From sequence record PP359696.1: a DNA stretch of 64,000 nucleotides; one strand, written 5' to 3'. Both the position numbers and the translations under genes were made by a program. Every line of letters begins with the position of its first letter. Position 1 is the first letter of the stretch. Below the pieces are notes generated by a model. The model did not search any database and was not told the origin of the DNA. It saw nothing but the letters and a program-made list of their open reading frames with translations. Positions 28,532-37,624 of this stretch are shown in pieces. The DNA comes from Escherichia phage Ge15.

Positions 28532-28733
28532 CCTCTCCGGATTCTTGGAAGAAATACCTGAAGTTGAAGCTATTCCCTATTTACTTAAAATGTATCTCAG
28601 GGAAGTTTTAGCTCTTGACATTGATATTGATCCAGAAAATCCGTATGATACCGCTTTTAAATCTAATGGTGTAGAATTAAACTATCGGTATCATTTAACA
28701 GATGATGATTTTTATTTTATATTAGAGAAATAA
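28515..28733 (+). CDS. Hypothetical protein
   Basis: 72-aa ORF overlapping end of gene 55. Confidence 0.4.
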
Positions 28734-28734
28734 T

Positions 28735-29052
28735 ATGACTGATAAACCCGAAATTAATGATGAAGTGGAAAAGCTTATTTCTTCTATTGAAGAAAAGAAC
28801 CGTCTTGAAGCAGAAAGAAAAGCAAATAAGTTATTGTCTAAAAACAAACGCGAATTGAACCGTCTTTATAAGCACGCTCAGATTGCAGCTGAAAACAATA
28901 ATTTTGCTCAATACGAATATGCTATCAAGAAAAGTCGGGATATTCTAAAACAGCCATATAACGATGAACTCATTAGTATTCTTTGGAAGACTACTAGATC
29001 GCAGATTGAGGATATGATTGATGCTTACACACGTAAAATTCAAGCGTCTTAA
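28735..29052 (+). CDS. Hypothetical protein
   Basis: 105 aa, predicted helical. Confidence 0.45.
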   Translation: MTDKPEINDEVEKLISSIEEKNRLEAERKANKLLSKNKRELNRLYKHAQIAAENNNFAQYEYAIKKSRDILKQPYNDELISILWKTTRSQIEDMIDAYTRKIQAS

Positions 29053-29224
29053 AATTAATGCAGGATTTACTGAATCTTTGAATGGTCATCTTTGTGTGAA
29101 AATTTCTGAAAAAGAATACCATGATAGTTCAATTAAAGAAGTTAATCCTCCTATTGTAAGAGCAGACCCTAATATGAAAGTGTGGGTTGATTCTTATCAA
29201 GTTAAAAAATGGTGGCAACTGTGA
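29021..29224 (+). CDS. Hypothetical protein
   Basis: 67 aa, GAGG RBS 9 nt upstream of ATG 29021; overlaps upstream ORF. Confidence 0.35.
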   Translation: MLTHVKFKRLKINAGFTESLNGHLCVKISEKEYHDSSIKEVNPPIVRADPNMKVWVDSYQVKKWWQL

Positions 29225-29227
29225 AAG

Positions 29228-29401
29228 ATGAACATCCAGACTTCTGAAATAGATTATAATAAAATTCGTTCCTCTAAAGTAGAAATGATGAGACTCTTTA
29301 AAGAGTCTCATGATAAAGCTAAAGCAGAAGGAACTATAACATATAAGCGTATAAAATTTAGAAGCTCTAATGAGCCTCTGTATGGTGTATTATGCGGATA
29401 G
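29228..29401 (+). CDS. Hypothetical small protein
   Basis: 57-aa ORF not in track. Confidence 0.3.
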   Translation: MNIQTSEIDYNKIRSSKVEMMRLFKESHDKAKAEGTITYKRIKFRSSNEPLYGVLCG

Positions 29402-29415
29402 GAGCTTCGGCTCCT

Positions 29416-29445
29416 ATATTGCTTTATAAATTTTTGGTAAAATAA
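29416..29445 (+). promoter_or_regulatory. MotA-dependent middle promoter upstream of alpha-gt
   Basis: Mot box ATTGCTTTA, 11-nt spacer, -10 TAAAAT. Confidence 0.5.
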
Positions 29446-29467
29446 ACCAAAACAATGAGGATATTAA

Positions 29468-30670
29468 ATGAAAGTATGTATTTTTATGGCTCGAGGTCTT
29501 GAAGGTTGCGGCGTAACTAAATTTTCTCTCGAGCAGCGTGATTGGTTTATTAAAAATGGTCATGAAGTAACTTTGGTTTATGCTAAAGATAAATCATTTA
29601 CTCGTAATTGCGCGCATGATTATAAATCATTTTCAATTCCGGTTTTATTGGCAAAAGAATACGATAAAACACTTAAGCTGGTAAATGATTGTGATATTCT
29701 AATTATCAATTCAGTTCCTGCTACTTCAGTAGAAGAAGACACTATTAATAACTATAAAAAAATTATTGATAACATTAAACCTTCGGTTCGTGTTGTAGTT
29801 TATCAACATGACCATTCTTCTCTTTCTTTGCGCCGAAATTTGGGATTAGAAGAAACTGTTCGTCGAGCTGATGTTATTTTTAGTCATTCTGATAATGGCG
29901 ATTTTAATAAAGTTTTGATGAAAGAATGGTATCCAGAAACAGTTTCTCTGTTTGATGATATTGAAGAAGCACCGACTATATACAACTTTCAGCCTCCTAT
30001 GGATATTGCGAAGGTTCGATCAACATACTGGAAAGATGTTTCTGAAATTAATATGAATGTCAACCGTTGGATTGGTCGTACGACTACATGGAAAGGCTTT
30101 TATCAGATGTTTGATTTTCATGAAAAACATCTTAAACCTGCAGGACTAAGTACTATTATGGAAGGTCTGGAACGTTCTCCAGCGTTCATTCCTATTAAAG
30201 AAAAAGGAATTCCATACGAGTATTATCGTCTTCATCAAGTAGACCAAATTAAAATTGCTCCTAATTTACCAACGCAAATTCTCGATCGTTATGTAAATAG
30301 CGAAATGCTTGAACGTATGAGTAAATCCGGATTTGGTTATCAGTTGAGTAAGTTGGATAAAAAATATCTACAACGTTCTTTAGAATATACTCATCTCGAG
30401 CTTGGTGCATGTGGAACAATTCCGGTATTTTGGAAATCTACTGGCGAAAATTTAAAATTCCGTGTTGATAATACTCCTTTGACCTCGCATGATAGCGGTA
30501 TCATTTGGTTTGATGAAAATGATATGGAATCAACATTCGAGCGTATTAAAGAACTGTCATCTGACCGAGCTCTTTATGACCGTGAGCGAGAAAAAGCGTA
30601 TGAATTTTTGTATCAACATCAAGATTCAAGCTTCTGCTTTAAAGAACAGTTTGACATTATTACAAAATAA
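29468..30670 (+). CDS. agt: DNA alpha-glucosyltransferase (hmC alpha-glucosylation)
   Basis: 400 aa; length, position between 55 and 47 and N-terminus MKVCIFMARGLEGCGVTKF consistent with T4 alpha-gt as recalled; MotA-type middle promoter upstream. Confidence 0.88.
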   Translation: MKVCIFMARGLEGCGVTKFSLEQRDWFIKNGHEVTLVYAKDKSFTRNCAHDYKSFSIPVLLAKEYDKTLKLVNDCDILIINSVPATSVEEDTINNYKKIIDNIKPSVRVVVYQHDHSSLSLRRNLGLEETVRRADVIFSHSDNGDFNKVLMKEWYPETVSLFDDIEEAPTIYNFQPPMDIAKVRSTYWKDVSEINMNVNRWIGRTTTWKGFYQMFDFHEKHLKPAGLSTIMEGLERSPAFIPIKEKGIPYEYYRLHQVDQIKIAPNLPTQILDRYVNSEMLERMSKSGFGYQLSKLDKKYLQRSLEYTHLELGACGTIPVFWKSTGENLKFRVDNTPLTSHDSGIIWFDENDMESTFERIKELSSDRALYDREREKAYEFLYQHQDSSFCFKEQFDIITK

Positions 30671-30686
30671 AGGGCTTCGGCCCTTT
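30671..30686 (+). terminator. Intrinsic terminator after alpha-gt
   Basis: GGGC-TTCG-GCCC + TTT. Confidence 0.65.
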
Positions 30687-30712
30687 AGCTTTATATGGAG
30701 TTTGATATAATG
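30687..30712 (+). promoter_or_regulatory. Possible middle promoter upstream of gene 47
   Basis: AGCTTTA (Mot-box-like) + 12 nt + TATAAT. Confidence 0.4.
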
Positions 30713-30850
30713 ATATTTCTTGGATATGTGATACTTTTTCTTGCATTTTATCTATTCACTAGAGCGTGCTGGATTGGGTTCTTTAGCACACCAGATGGGT
30801 TTATTTCAATAATTTTATTTTGCATTTCAATGACGGTTCTTGATATATGA
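30710..30850 (+). CDS. Hypothetical small membrane protein
   Basis: 46-aa hydrophobic ORF not in track; overlaps the -10 of a putative middle promoter so uncertain. Confidence 0.3.
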   Translation: MIFLGYVILFLAFYLFTRACWIGFFSTPDGFISIILFCISMTVLDI

Positions 30851-31866
30851 AAATTTTAAATTTAGGTGATTGGCATTTAGGCGTTAAAGCCGATGATGAG
30901 TGGGTTCAATCCATTCAGTTGGATGGAATTAAACAAGCAATAGAATATTCTAAGAAAAATGGAATTACTACCTGGATTCAATACGGCGATATTTTTGATG
31001 TGCGAAAAGCAATCACACATAAAACTATGGAGTTTGCTCGTGAAATAGTTCAAATGCTTGATGATGCTGGTATTACCCTACATACTGTTGTAGGAAACCA
31101 TGATATGCACTTTAAAAATACTTTAACTCCAAATGCCTCTACTGAGCTTTTGGCTAAATATCCTAATGTTAAAGTATATGATAAGCCTACTACAGTCGAT
31201 TTTGACGGATGTTTAATTGATTTAATTCCTTGGATGTGCGAAGAAAATACTGGTGAAATTCTTGAGCACATCAAAACTTCATCTGCTTCTTTTTGTGTTG
31301 GTCACTGGGAACTGAATGGATTTTATTTTTATAAAGGAATGAAATCTCACGGTCTTGAACCTGATTTCCTTAAGACTTATAAAGAGGTGTGGTCTGGTCA
31401 CTTCCATACTATCTCTGAGGCTGCTAACGTCAGATATATTGGGACACCATGGACACTAACTGCAGGTGACGAGAATGACCCTCGTGGGTTCTGGATGTTT
31501 GATACAGAAACAGAACGAATGGAATTTATTCCAAACAATACTACCTGGCATCGTAGAATTCATTATCCATTTAAAGGAAAAATTGACTATAAAGATTTTA
31601 CAAATCTATCAGTACGTGTTATAGTAACTGAGGTAGACAAAAATCTGACGAAGTTCGAATCTGAACTAGAAAAAGTTGTGCATTCATTACGAGTTGTGTC
31701 AAAAATTGATAACTCTGTCGAGTCAGATGAAAGTGAAGAAGTTGAAGTTCAATCTCTTCAGACGTTGATGGAAGAATACATTAATGCAATTCCAGACATC
31801 ACTGATTCTGACCGTGAAGCACTTATTCAATATGCGAATCAGCTATATGTAGAGGCAACACAATGA
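30847..31866 (+). CDS. 47: Recombination endonuclease subunit gp47 (Mre11/SbcD-like)
   Basis: 339 aa, phosphoesterase motifs LGDWHLG, GNHD; ATGA coupling. Confidence 0.93.
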   Translation: MKILNLGDWHLGVKADDEWVQSIQLDGIKQAIEYSKKNGITTWIQYGDIFDVRKAITHKTMEFAREIVQMLDDAGITLHTVVGNHDMHFKNTLTPNASTELLAKYPNVKVYDKPTTVDFDGCLIDLIPWMCEENTGEILEHIKTSSASFCVGHWELNGFYFYKGMKSHGLEPDFLKTYKEVWSGHFHTISEAANVRYIGTPWTLTAGDENDPRGFWMFDTETERMEFIPNNTTWHRRIHYPFKGKIDYKDFTNLSVRVIVTEVDKNLTKFESELEKVVHSLRVVSKIDNSVESDESEEVEVQSLQTLMEEYINAIPDITDSDREALIQYANQLYVEATQ

Positions 31867-32126
31867 CTTTTGATGAATTTAAAAATGTTATGATGAGTCA
31901 GCATTTTGAATGCGAAGTAAAAGATGATATTGGGCATAAAGAAATTATTGAATATTGGTTTGAACCGCTAGAGGTTGAAGATAATTGTATTAAAAAGGTC
32001 ACGGTCTGCACTGACTGGGCTGTATCTTTTAACTTCAACATTTTAGATAATGACACACCTAAATCATTACAAGATATGGCTGTATCTTGTATTAAGGATG
32101 CATACTGTGAAGTTTTCGACATTTGA
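31863..32126 (+). CDS. Hypothetical protein
   Basis: 87 aa, ATGA overlap with gene 47. Confidence 0.45.
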   Translation: MTFDEFKNVMMSQHFECEVKDDIGHKEIIEYWFEPLEVEDNCIKKVTVCTDWAVSFNFNILDNDTPKSLQDMAVSCIKDAYCEVFDI

Positions 32127-32313
32127 CATTAACGATGAATTCATAGCAAATATTGATTACACCGAAGAAGATTCTAGATATGTTGGAATAATTTATATCA
32201 CATCAAAAGCAGCACAAGGTGTTGTTTGCATGGCTGAATTTGATGAATACTTTTTAGATTATGATGATATGATAGAATGGTCTAAAAGATACATTAAAAG
32301 GAATCTTTTGTGA
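32098..32313 (+). CDS. Hypothetical protein
   Basis: 71 aa from ATG 32098; start uncertain. Confidence 0.35.
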   Translation: MHTVKFSTFDINDEFIANIDYTEEDSRYVGIIYITSKAAQGVVCMAEFDEYFLDYDDMIEWSKRYIKRNLL

Positions 32314-33992
32314 AGAATTTTAAACTAAACCGAGTTAGGTATCAAAATATAATGTCAGTAGGTGGAAATCCTATTGACATTCAACTAGATAAGGTTCAAA
32401 AAACTCTTATTACTGGACGAAATGGCGGTGGTAAGTCTACTATGTTAGAAGCCATCACATTTGGGCTTTTTGGCAAGCCATTTCGTGATGTAAAGAAAGG
32501 TCAATTAATAAACAGCACAAATAAGAAAGAACTTTTAGTTGAACTGTGGATGGAATATGATGAGAAAAAGTACTATATCAAAAGAGGACAAAAACCAAAC
32601 GTTTTCGAAATCACCGTTAACGGTACACGTCTTAATGAATCTGCCAGCAGTAAAGATTTCCAAGCAGAATTTGAACAGCTTATCGGAATGTCATATGCCA
32701 GTTTCAAGCAGATTGTTGTCCTTGGTACAGCAGGGTATACCCCTTTCATGGGTTTGTCGACCCCTGCGCGAAGAAAGCTTGTGGAAGACCTGCTCGAGGT
32801 AGGAACATTAGCTGAAATGGATAAGCTTAATAAAGCACTAATACGTGAATTAAATTCACAAAACCAAGTGCTTGACGTTAAAAAAGATAGTATTATCCAA
32901 CAAATTAAAATATATAATGATAACGTTGAACGCCAGAAAAAATTAACCGGTGATAACCTTACTCGTCTGCAGAATATGTATGATGATTTGGCTAAAGAAG
33001 CACGTTCATTAAAGTCCGAAATAGAAGAAGCCAATGAAAGATTAGTTAATATTGTTTTGGATGAAGACCCGACTGATGCATTCAATAAAATAGGTCAAGA
33101 AGCATTTTTAATTAAATCAAAAATTGACTCATATAATAAAGTCATTAATATGTATCACGAAGGTGGATTATGTCCAACCTGTTTGTCACAATTAAGTTCC
33201 GGTGATAAAGTTGTTTCTAAAATTAAAGATAAAGTTTCTGAATGCACACATTCGTTTGAACAGCTTTCAGCACACCGTGATAATTTAAAAGTTCTTGTTG
33301 ATGAATATCGAGATAATATCAAGACTCAGCAGTCATTGGCAAATGATATTCGCAATAAAAAGCAAACTTTAATTACTACAGTCGATAAAGCTAAAAAAGT
33401 TAAAGCAGCTATAGAAAAAGCATCTTCTGAGTTTATTGACCATGCTGATGAAATAGCACTGCTTCAAGAAGAACTTGATAAAATTGTTAAGACAAAAACT
33501 AATTTAGTAATGGAAAAATACCACCGAGGAATTTTGACTGATATGCTCAAAGATTCTGGTATTAAAGGTGCTATTATTAAAAAGTACATTCCATTATTTA
33601 ATAAGCAGATTAACCATTATCTTAAAATAATGGAAGCGGATTATGTGTTTACATTAGATGAAGAATTTAATGAGACAATTAAATCCCGTGGTCGTGAAGA
33701 TTTTAGTTATGCTTCATTTAGTGAAGGTGAAAAGGCAAGAATTGATATTGCTCTTTTATTTACTTGGCGTGATATTGCTTCTATTGTATCTGGTGTTAGT
33801 ATTAGTACATTAATACTCGATGAAGTGTTTGATGGGTCATTTGACGCCGAAGGTATTAAAGGTGTAGCTAATATTATAAATTCAATGAAAAACACTAATG
33901 TTTTTATAATTTCGCATAAAGACCATGACCCGCAAGAATATGGTCAGCATCTTCAAATGAAGAAAGTTGGTCGATTTACTGTAATGGTTTAA
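32310..33992 (+). CDS. 46: Recombination endonuclease subunit gp46 (Rad50/SbcC-like ATPase)
   Basis: 560 aa, Walker A GRNGGGKST, central coiled coil with CPTC hook, C-terminal signature/Walker B LILDEVFDG. Confidence 0.93.
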   Translation: MKNFKLNRVRYQNIMSVGGNPIDIQLDKVQKTLITGRNGGGKSTMLEAITFGLFGKPFRDVKKGQLINSTNKKELLVELWMEYDEKKYYIKRGQKPNVFEITVNGTRLNESASSKDFQAEFEQLIGMSYASFKQIVVLGTAGYTPFMGLSTPARRKLVEDLLEVGTLAEMDKLNKALIRELNSQNQVLDVKKDSIIQQIKIYNDNVERQKKLTGDNLTRLQNMYDDLAKEARSLKSEIEEANERLVNIVLDEDPTDAFNKIGQEAFLIKSKIDSYNKVINMYHEGGLCPTCLSQLSSGDKVVSKIKDKVSECTHSFEQLSAHRDNLKVLVDEYRDNIKTQQSLANDIRNKKQTLITTVDKAKKVKAAIEKASSEFIDHADEIALLQEELDKIVKTKTNLVMEKYHRGILTDMLKDSGIKGAIIKKYIPLFNKQINHYLKIMEADYVFTLDEEFNETIKSRGREDFSYASFSEGEKARIDIALLFTWRDIASIVSGVSISTLILDEVFDGSFDAEGIKGVANIINSMKNTNVFIISHKDHDPQEYGQHLQMKKVGRFTVMV

Positions 33993-34004
33993 TTTATAAG
34001 AGAT

Positions 34005-34030
34005 TATGCTTTAATTTATTAGAGTATAAT
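34005..34030 (+). promoter_or_regulatory. MotA-dependent middle promoter
   Basis: TATGCTTTA Mot box, 11-nt spacer, TATAAT. Confidence 0.55.
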
Positions 34031-34047
34031 CTCTATGGAGGAAAAAC

Positions 34048-34236
34048 ATGGAATATTCAACTGGACAGCATTTATTAACTTTTCCTGAAATAAAACGATA
34101 TATTCTGAGAAATAATTTTTCTAATGAAGAGCATATAGTTACTGAATCTATGCTTAGGAATGCATTTAAAGCAGAATATACAAAAATAATGTCCAATAGA
34201 AATGAAGCTTGGACTGTTACTGATTATTATGACTAA
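34048..34236 (+). CDS. Hypothetical protein
   Basis: 62 aa, GGAGG RBS, middle promoter upstream. Confidence 0.45.
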   Translation: MEYSTGQHLLTFPEIKRYILRNNFSNEEHIVTESMLRNAFKAEYTKIMSNRNEAWTVTDYYD

Positions 34237-34245
34237 AGGTGTATT

Positions 34246-34635
34246 ATGACTAAAATTACTGTGAATTATACTGTTGATGTAAAAGATATTCAGCCAAAAC
34301 ACGTGCGTTCTGAATCAAATCCACAAAACCAAAATAAAATTCGTCGCGCATGGGTTTTGTCTCTTTCTGATAACGCAATGGAAGTTATTCAGAACAAAAT
34401 TAAATCTGCACCTGCTCGTCATGCGTATTATGAAGCTATCGATCGTGAAGTAAGTAATAAATGGATTGAACTAATGCGCAAACATACTGCAGAATCCCTA
34501 AACGCCGGTGCTAAATTTATTATGACTTCATGTGGTGAACGCCTTGAAGATGAATATTGCGGTAATGCAGATGAACGCCTAATTGTTGCTGCTCAAATTG
34601 TTGCTGAAACAATTGCGGCTGATTTTAATCGTTAA
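34246..34635 (+). CDS. rpbA: RNA polymerase-binding protein RpbA (putative)
   Basis: 129 aa ORF in the 46-45 interval, matching T4 rpbA size and position. Confidence 0.55.
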   Translation: MTKITVNYTVDVKDIQPKHVRSESNPQNQNKIRRAWVLSLSDNAMEVIQNKIKSAPARHAYYEAIDREVSNKWIELMRKHTAESLNAGAKFIMTSCGERLEDEYCGNADERLIVAAQIVAETIAADFNR

Positions 34636-34660
34636 TTGCTTTATTAAATTAGTTATAAAA
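34634..34660 (+). promoter_or_regulatory. Middle promoter upstream of gene 45
   Basis: AATTGCTTTA Mot box, 10-nt spacer, TATAAA. Confidence 0.5.
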
Positions 34661-34690
34661 TTAAATCTCATTTGAATTGAAGGAAATTAC

Positions 34691-35377
34691 ATGAAACTGT
34701 CTAAAGATACTACTGCTTTGCTTAAAAATTTCGCTACTATTAACTCCGGTATTATGCTTAAATCTGGTCAATTTATTATGACTCGTGCAGTTAATGGTAC
34801 AACTTATGCGGAAGCAAATATTTCTGACGTTATTGATTTTGATGTAGCAATTTACGATTTGAACGGTTTTCTCGGTATTCTGTCGCTAGTTAATGATGAT
34901 GCAGAAATTTCCCAGTCAGAAGATGGAAATATTAAAATTGCTGATGCTCGTTCAACAATTTTTTGGCCAGCAGCCGATCCGAGTACAGTAGTTGCTCCTA
35001 ATAAACCAATTCCATTTCCGGTAGCATCTGTTGTTACTGAAATTAAAGCTGAAGACCTTCAACAACTGTTGCGTGTATCTCGTGGTCTGCAAATTGATAC
35101 AATTGCTATCACGGTAAAAGAAGGTAAAATCGTAATTAACGGTTTTAATAAAGTAGAAGATTCTGCTCTGACCCGTGTTAAATATTCTTTGACTCTTGGT
35201 GATTATGATGGTGAAAATACATTTAATTTCATTATCAATATGGCAAATATGAAAATGCAACCAGGAAATTATAAACTTCTGCTCTGGGCAAAAGGTAAAC
35301 AAGGTGCTGCTAAATTTGAAGGTGAACATGCGAATTATGTAGTAGCTCTTGAAGCTGATTCTACCCACGATTTTTAA
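34691..35377 (+). CDS. 45: Sliding clamp gp45
   Basis: 228 aa, MKLSKDTTALLKNFATINSGIMLKSG... as recalled for T4 gp45; middle promoter upstream, terminator downstream. Confidence 0.95.
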   Translation: MKLSKDTTALLKNFATINSGIMLKSGQFIMTRAVNGTTYAEANISDVIDFDVAIYDLNGFLGILSLVNDDAEISQSEDGNIKIADARSTIFWPAADPSTVVAPNKPIPFPVASVVTEIKAEDLQQLLRVSRGLQIDTIAITVKEGKIVINGFNKVEDSALTRVKYSLTLGDYDGENTFNFIINMANMKMQPGNYKLLLWAKGKQGAAKFEGEHANYVVALEADSTHDF

Positions 35378-35380
35378 TAG

Positions 35381-35397
35381 AGGGCTTCGGCCCTTTA
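35381..35397 (+). terminator. Intrinsic terminator after gene 45
   Basis: GGGC-TTCG-GCCC + TTT. Confidence 0.65.
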
Positions 35398-35428
35398 TAA
35401 TTTACACTAAAACTTGAATGAGGAAATT

Positions 35429-36388
35429 ATGATTACCGTAAATGAAAAAGAACACATTCTTGAACAGAAATATCGTCCATCTACTATCGATGAATGTATT
35501 CTTCCCGCCTTTGATAAAGAAACCTTTAAATCTATTACAAGTAAAGGTAAGATTCCACATATTATTCTTCATTCTCCTTCTCCAGGAACAGGTAAAACAA
35601 CTGTAGCAAAAGCATTGTGTCATGATGTAAATGCTGATATGATGTTTGTAAATGGATCAGACTGTAAAATTGATTTCGTTCGTGGTCCTTTAACTAATTT
35701 TGCGAGTGCAGCTTCATTTGATGGTCGTCAAAAAGTAATCGTTATTGATGAATTTGACCGCTCAGGTTTAGCAGAATCTCAGCGACATCTTCGTTCCTTT
35801 ATGGAAGCTTATAGTTCAAACTGTAGTATTATTATTACTGCTAACAATATTGATGGTATTATTAAACCACTTCAGTCACGCTGCCGAGTTATTACGTTCG
35901 GTCAACCGACCGATGAAGATAAAATTGAAATGATGAAGCAGATGATTCGTCGATTGACTGAAATCTGTAAACATGAAGGTATTGCTATAGCTGATATGAA
36001 AGTTGTAGCAGCTTTGGTTAAAAAGAATTTTCCTGATTTTCGTAAAACTATTGGCGAGCTCGATAGTTATTCATCTAAAGGTGTTTTGGATGCTGGTATT
36101 TTATCACTGGTTACTAACGATCGTGGTGCTATTGATGATGTTCTTGAGTCTCTCAAAAATAAAGATGTTAAACAACTCAGAGCTTTAGCACCAAAATATG
36201 CGGCTGATTATTCGTGGTTCGTTGGTAAACTTGCCGAAGAAATCTATACACGCGTAACTCCACAAAGTATTATTCGTATGTATGAAATTGTTGGTGAAAA
36301 TAACCAGTATCACGGAATTGCGGCTAATACGGAATTACATTTAGCATATCTTTTCATTCAATTGGCATGCGAAATGCAGTGGAAGTGA
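35429..36388 (+). CDS. 44: Clamp loader large subunit gp44 (AAA+)
   Basis: 319 aa from ATG 35429; Walker [11 protein letters not shown], Walker [12 protein letters not shown] motif. Confidence 0.95.
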   Translation: MITVNEKEHILEQKYRPSTIDECILPAFDKETFKSITSKGKIPHIILHSPSPGTGKTTVAKALCHDVNADMMFVNGSDCKIDFVRGPLTNFASAASFDGRQKVIVIDEFDRSGLAESQRHLRSFMEAYSSNCSIIITANNIDGIIKPLQSRCRVITFGQPTDEDKIEMMKQMIRRLTEICKHEGIAIADMKVVAALVKKNFPDFRKTIGELDSYSSKGVLDAGILSLVTNDRGAIDDVLESLKNKDVKQLRALAPKYAADYSWFVGKLAEEIYTRVTPQSIIRMYEIVGENNQYHGIAANTELHLAYLFIQLACEMQWK

Positions 36389-36389
36389 T

Positions 36390-36953
36390 ATGAGCTTATT
36401 TGAAGATGATATTCAATTAAACGAGCATCAAGTTGCTTGGTATTCAAAAGATTGGACAGCTGTCCAATCTGCTGCTGATTCTTTTAAAGAAAAAGCTGAA
36501 AATGAGTTTTTTGAAATAATTGGAGCTATTAATAATAAAACTAAATGCTCTATTGCTCAAAAAGATTATTCAAAATACATGGTTGAGAATGCATTATCAC
36601 AATTTCCTGAATGCATGCCAGCTGTATATGCTATGAATTTAATTGGATCAGGTTTAAGCGATGAAGCCCATTTTAATTACCTGATGGCTGCTGTTCCTCG
36701 GGGTAAAAGATATGGTAAATGGGCAAAACTGGTCGAAGATTCTACTGAAGTATTGATTATTAAGTTACTTGCTAAGCGGTATCAAGTTAATACAAATGAT
36801 GCAATTAACTATAAATCAATTCTTACTAAAAATGGAAAACTTCCTTTAGTATTAAAAGAACTAAAAGGTTTAGTCACGGATGATTTTTTAAAAGAAGTGA
36901 CTAAGAATGTAAAAGAACAGAAACAACTCAAAAAACTAGCATTGGAATGGTAA
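36390..36953 (+). CDS. 62: Clamp loader small subunit gp62
   Basis: 187 aa directly after gene 44, as in T4 44-62-regA operon. Confidence 0.92.
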   Translation: MSLFEDDIQLNEHQVAWYSKDWTAVQSAADSFKEKAENEFFEIIGAINNKTKCSIAQKDYSKYMVENALSQFPECMPAVYAMNLIGSGLSDEAHFNYLMAAVPRGKRYGKWAKLVEDSTEVLIIKLLAKRYQVNTNDAINYKSILTKNGKLPLVLKELKGLVTDDFLKEVTKNVKEQKQLKKLALEW

Positions 36954-36954
36954 A

Positions 36955-37323
36955 ATGATTGAAATTACTCTTAAAAAACCTGAAGATTTTCTGAAAGTAA
37001 AAGAAACTTTGACTCGTATGGGAATTGCTAATAATAAAGATAAAGTTCTGTATCAGTCCTGCCACATTCTTCAGAAAAAAGGACTATACTATATCGTTCA
37101 TTTTAAAGAAATGCTTCGTATGGATGGCCGTCAGGTTGAAATGACAGAAGAAGATGAAGTTCGTCGTGATTCGATTGCGTGGCTGTTAGAAGATTGGGGA
37201 CTGATTGAAATCGTTCCTGGTCAAAGAACTTTTATGAAAGATTTAACCAATAACTTCCGAGTTATTTCTTTTAAACAAAAACATGAATGGAAACTCGTTC
37301 CTAAATATACGATTGGTAATTAA
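36955..37323 (+). CDS. regA: Translational repressor RegA
   Basis: 122 aa, MIEITLKKPEDFLKVKETLTRMGIANNKDKVLYQSCHILQKKG as recalled for T4 RegA. Confidence 0.93.
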   Translation: MIEITLKKPEDFLKVKETLTRMGIANNKDKVLYQSCHILQKKGLYYIVHFKEMLRMDGRQVEMTEEDEVRRDSIAWLLEDWGLIEIVPGQRTFMKDLTNNFRVISFKQKHEWKLVPKYTIGN

Positions 37324-37324
37324 T

Positions 37325-37546
37325 ATGACTGCTATAACTCCGCAAGAATACATGGCGTCTCTTAAAGAAAAATATAATCTTTCTGCAACAGAAACACTTT
37401 TTGATTTACCAGAAAACCTCCAACTAAAATTTCAGGTAGAATTTCAAAAATTAGTTCACCCAGAACAAAAACACTTTACCGCAGTGGTTAAGTCAATTAA
37501 TGCAGATGGATTAACAATTTTTCACCGACAACTGGTATTAATTTAA
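37325..37546 (+). CDS. Hypothetical protein
   Basis: 73 aa from ATG 37325; followed by tetraloop terminator. Confidence 0.45.
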   Translation: MTAITPQEYMASLKEKYNLSATETLFDLPENLQLKFQVEFQKLVHPEQKHFTAVVKSINADGLTIFHRQLVLI

Positions 37547-37549
37547 GCA

Positions 37550-37570
37550 AGGGGCTTCGGCCCCTTATTT
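37550..37570 (+). terminator. Intrinsic terminator upstream of gene 43
   Basis: GGGGC-TTCG-GCCCC + TTATTT. Confidence 0.65.
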
Positions 37571-37624
37571 GGAGTATAATATATCAAGAGCCTAATAACT
37601 CGGGCTATAAACTAAGGAATATCT

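Noticed and set aside
29401-29416. Terminator hairpin GGAGC-TTCG-GCTCC after ORF 29228..29401
   Set aside because: Stem is present but no downstream T-run; more likely an RNA stability element or part of the middle promoter region than a terminator.
32573-33085. 170-aa minus-strand ORF
   Set aside because: Lies entirely inside + strand gene 46 (Rad50-like ATPase) with no RBS or promoter; antisense artefact. The same reasoning applies to other embedded minus-strand ORFs (e.g. 4489..4872, 34952..35368, 38729..39058, 55611..55835).
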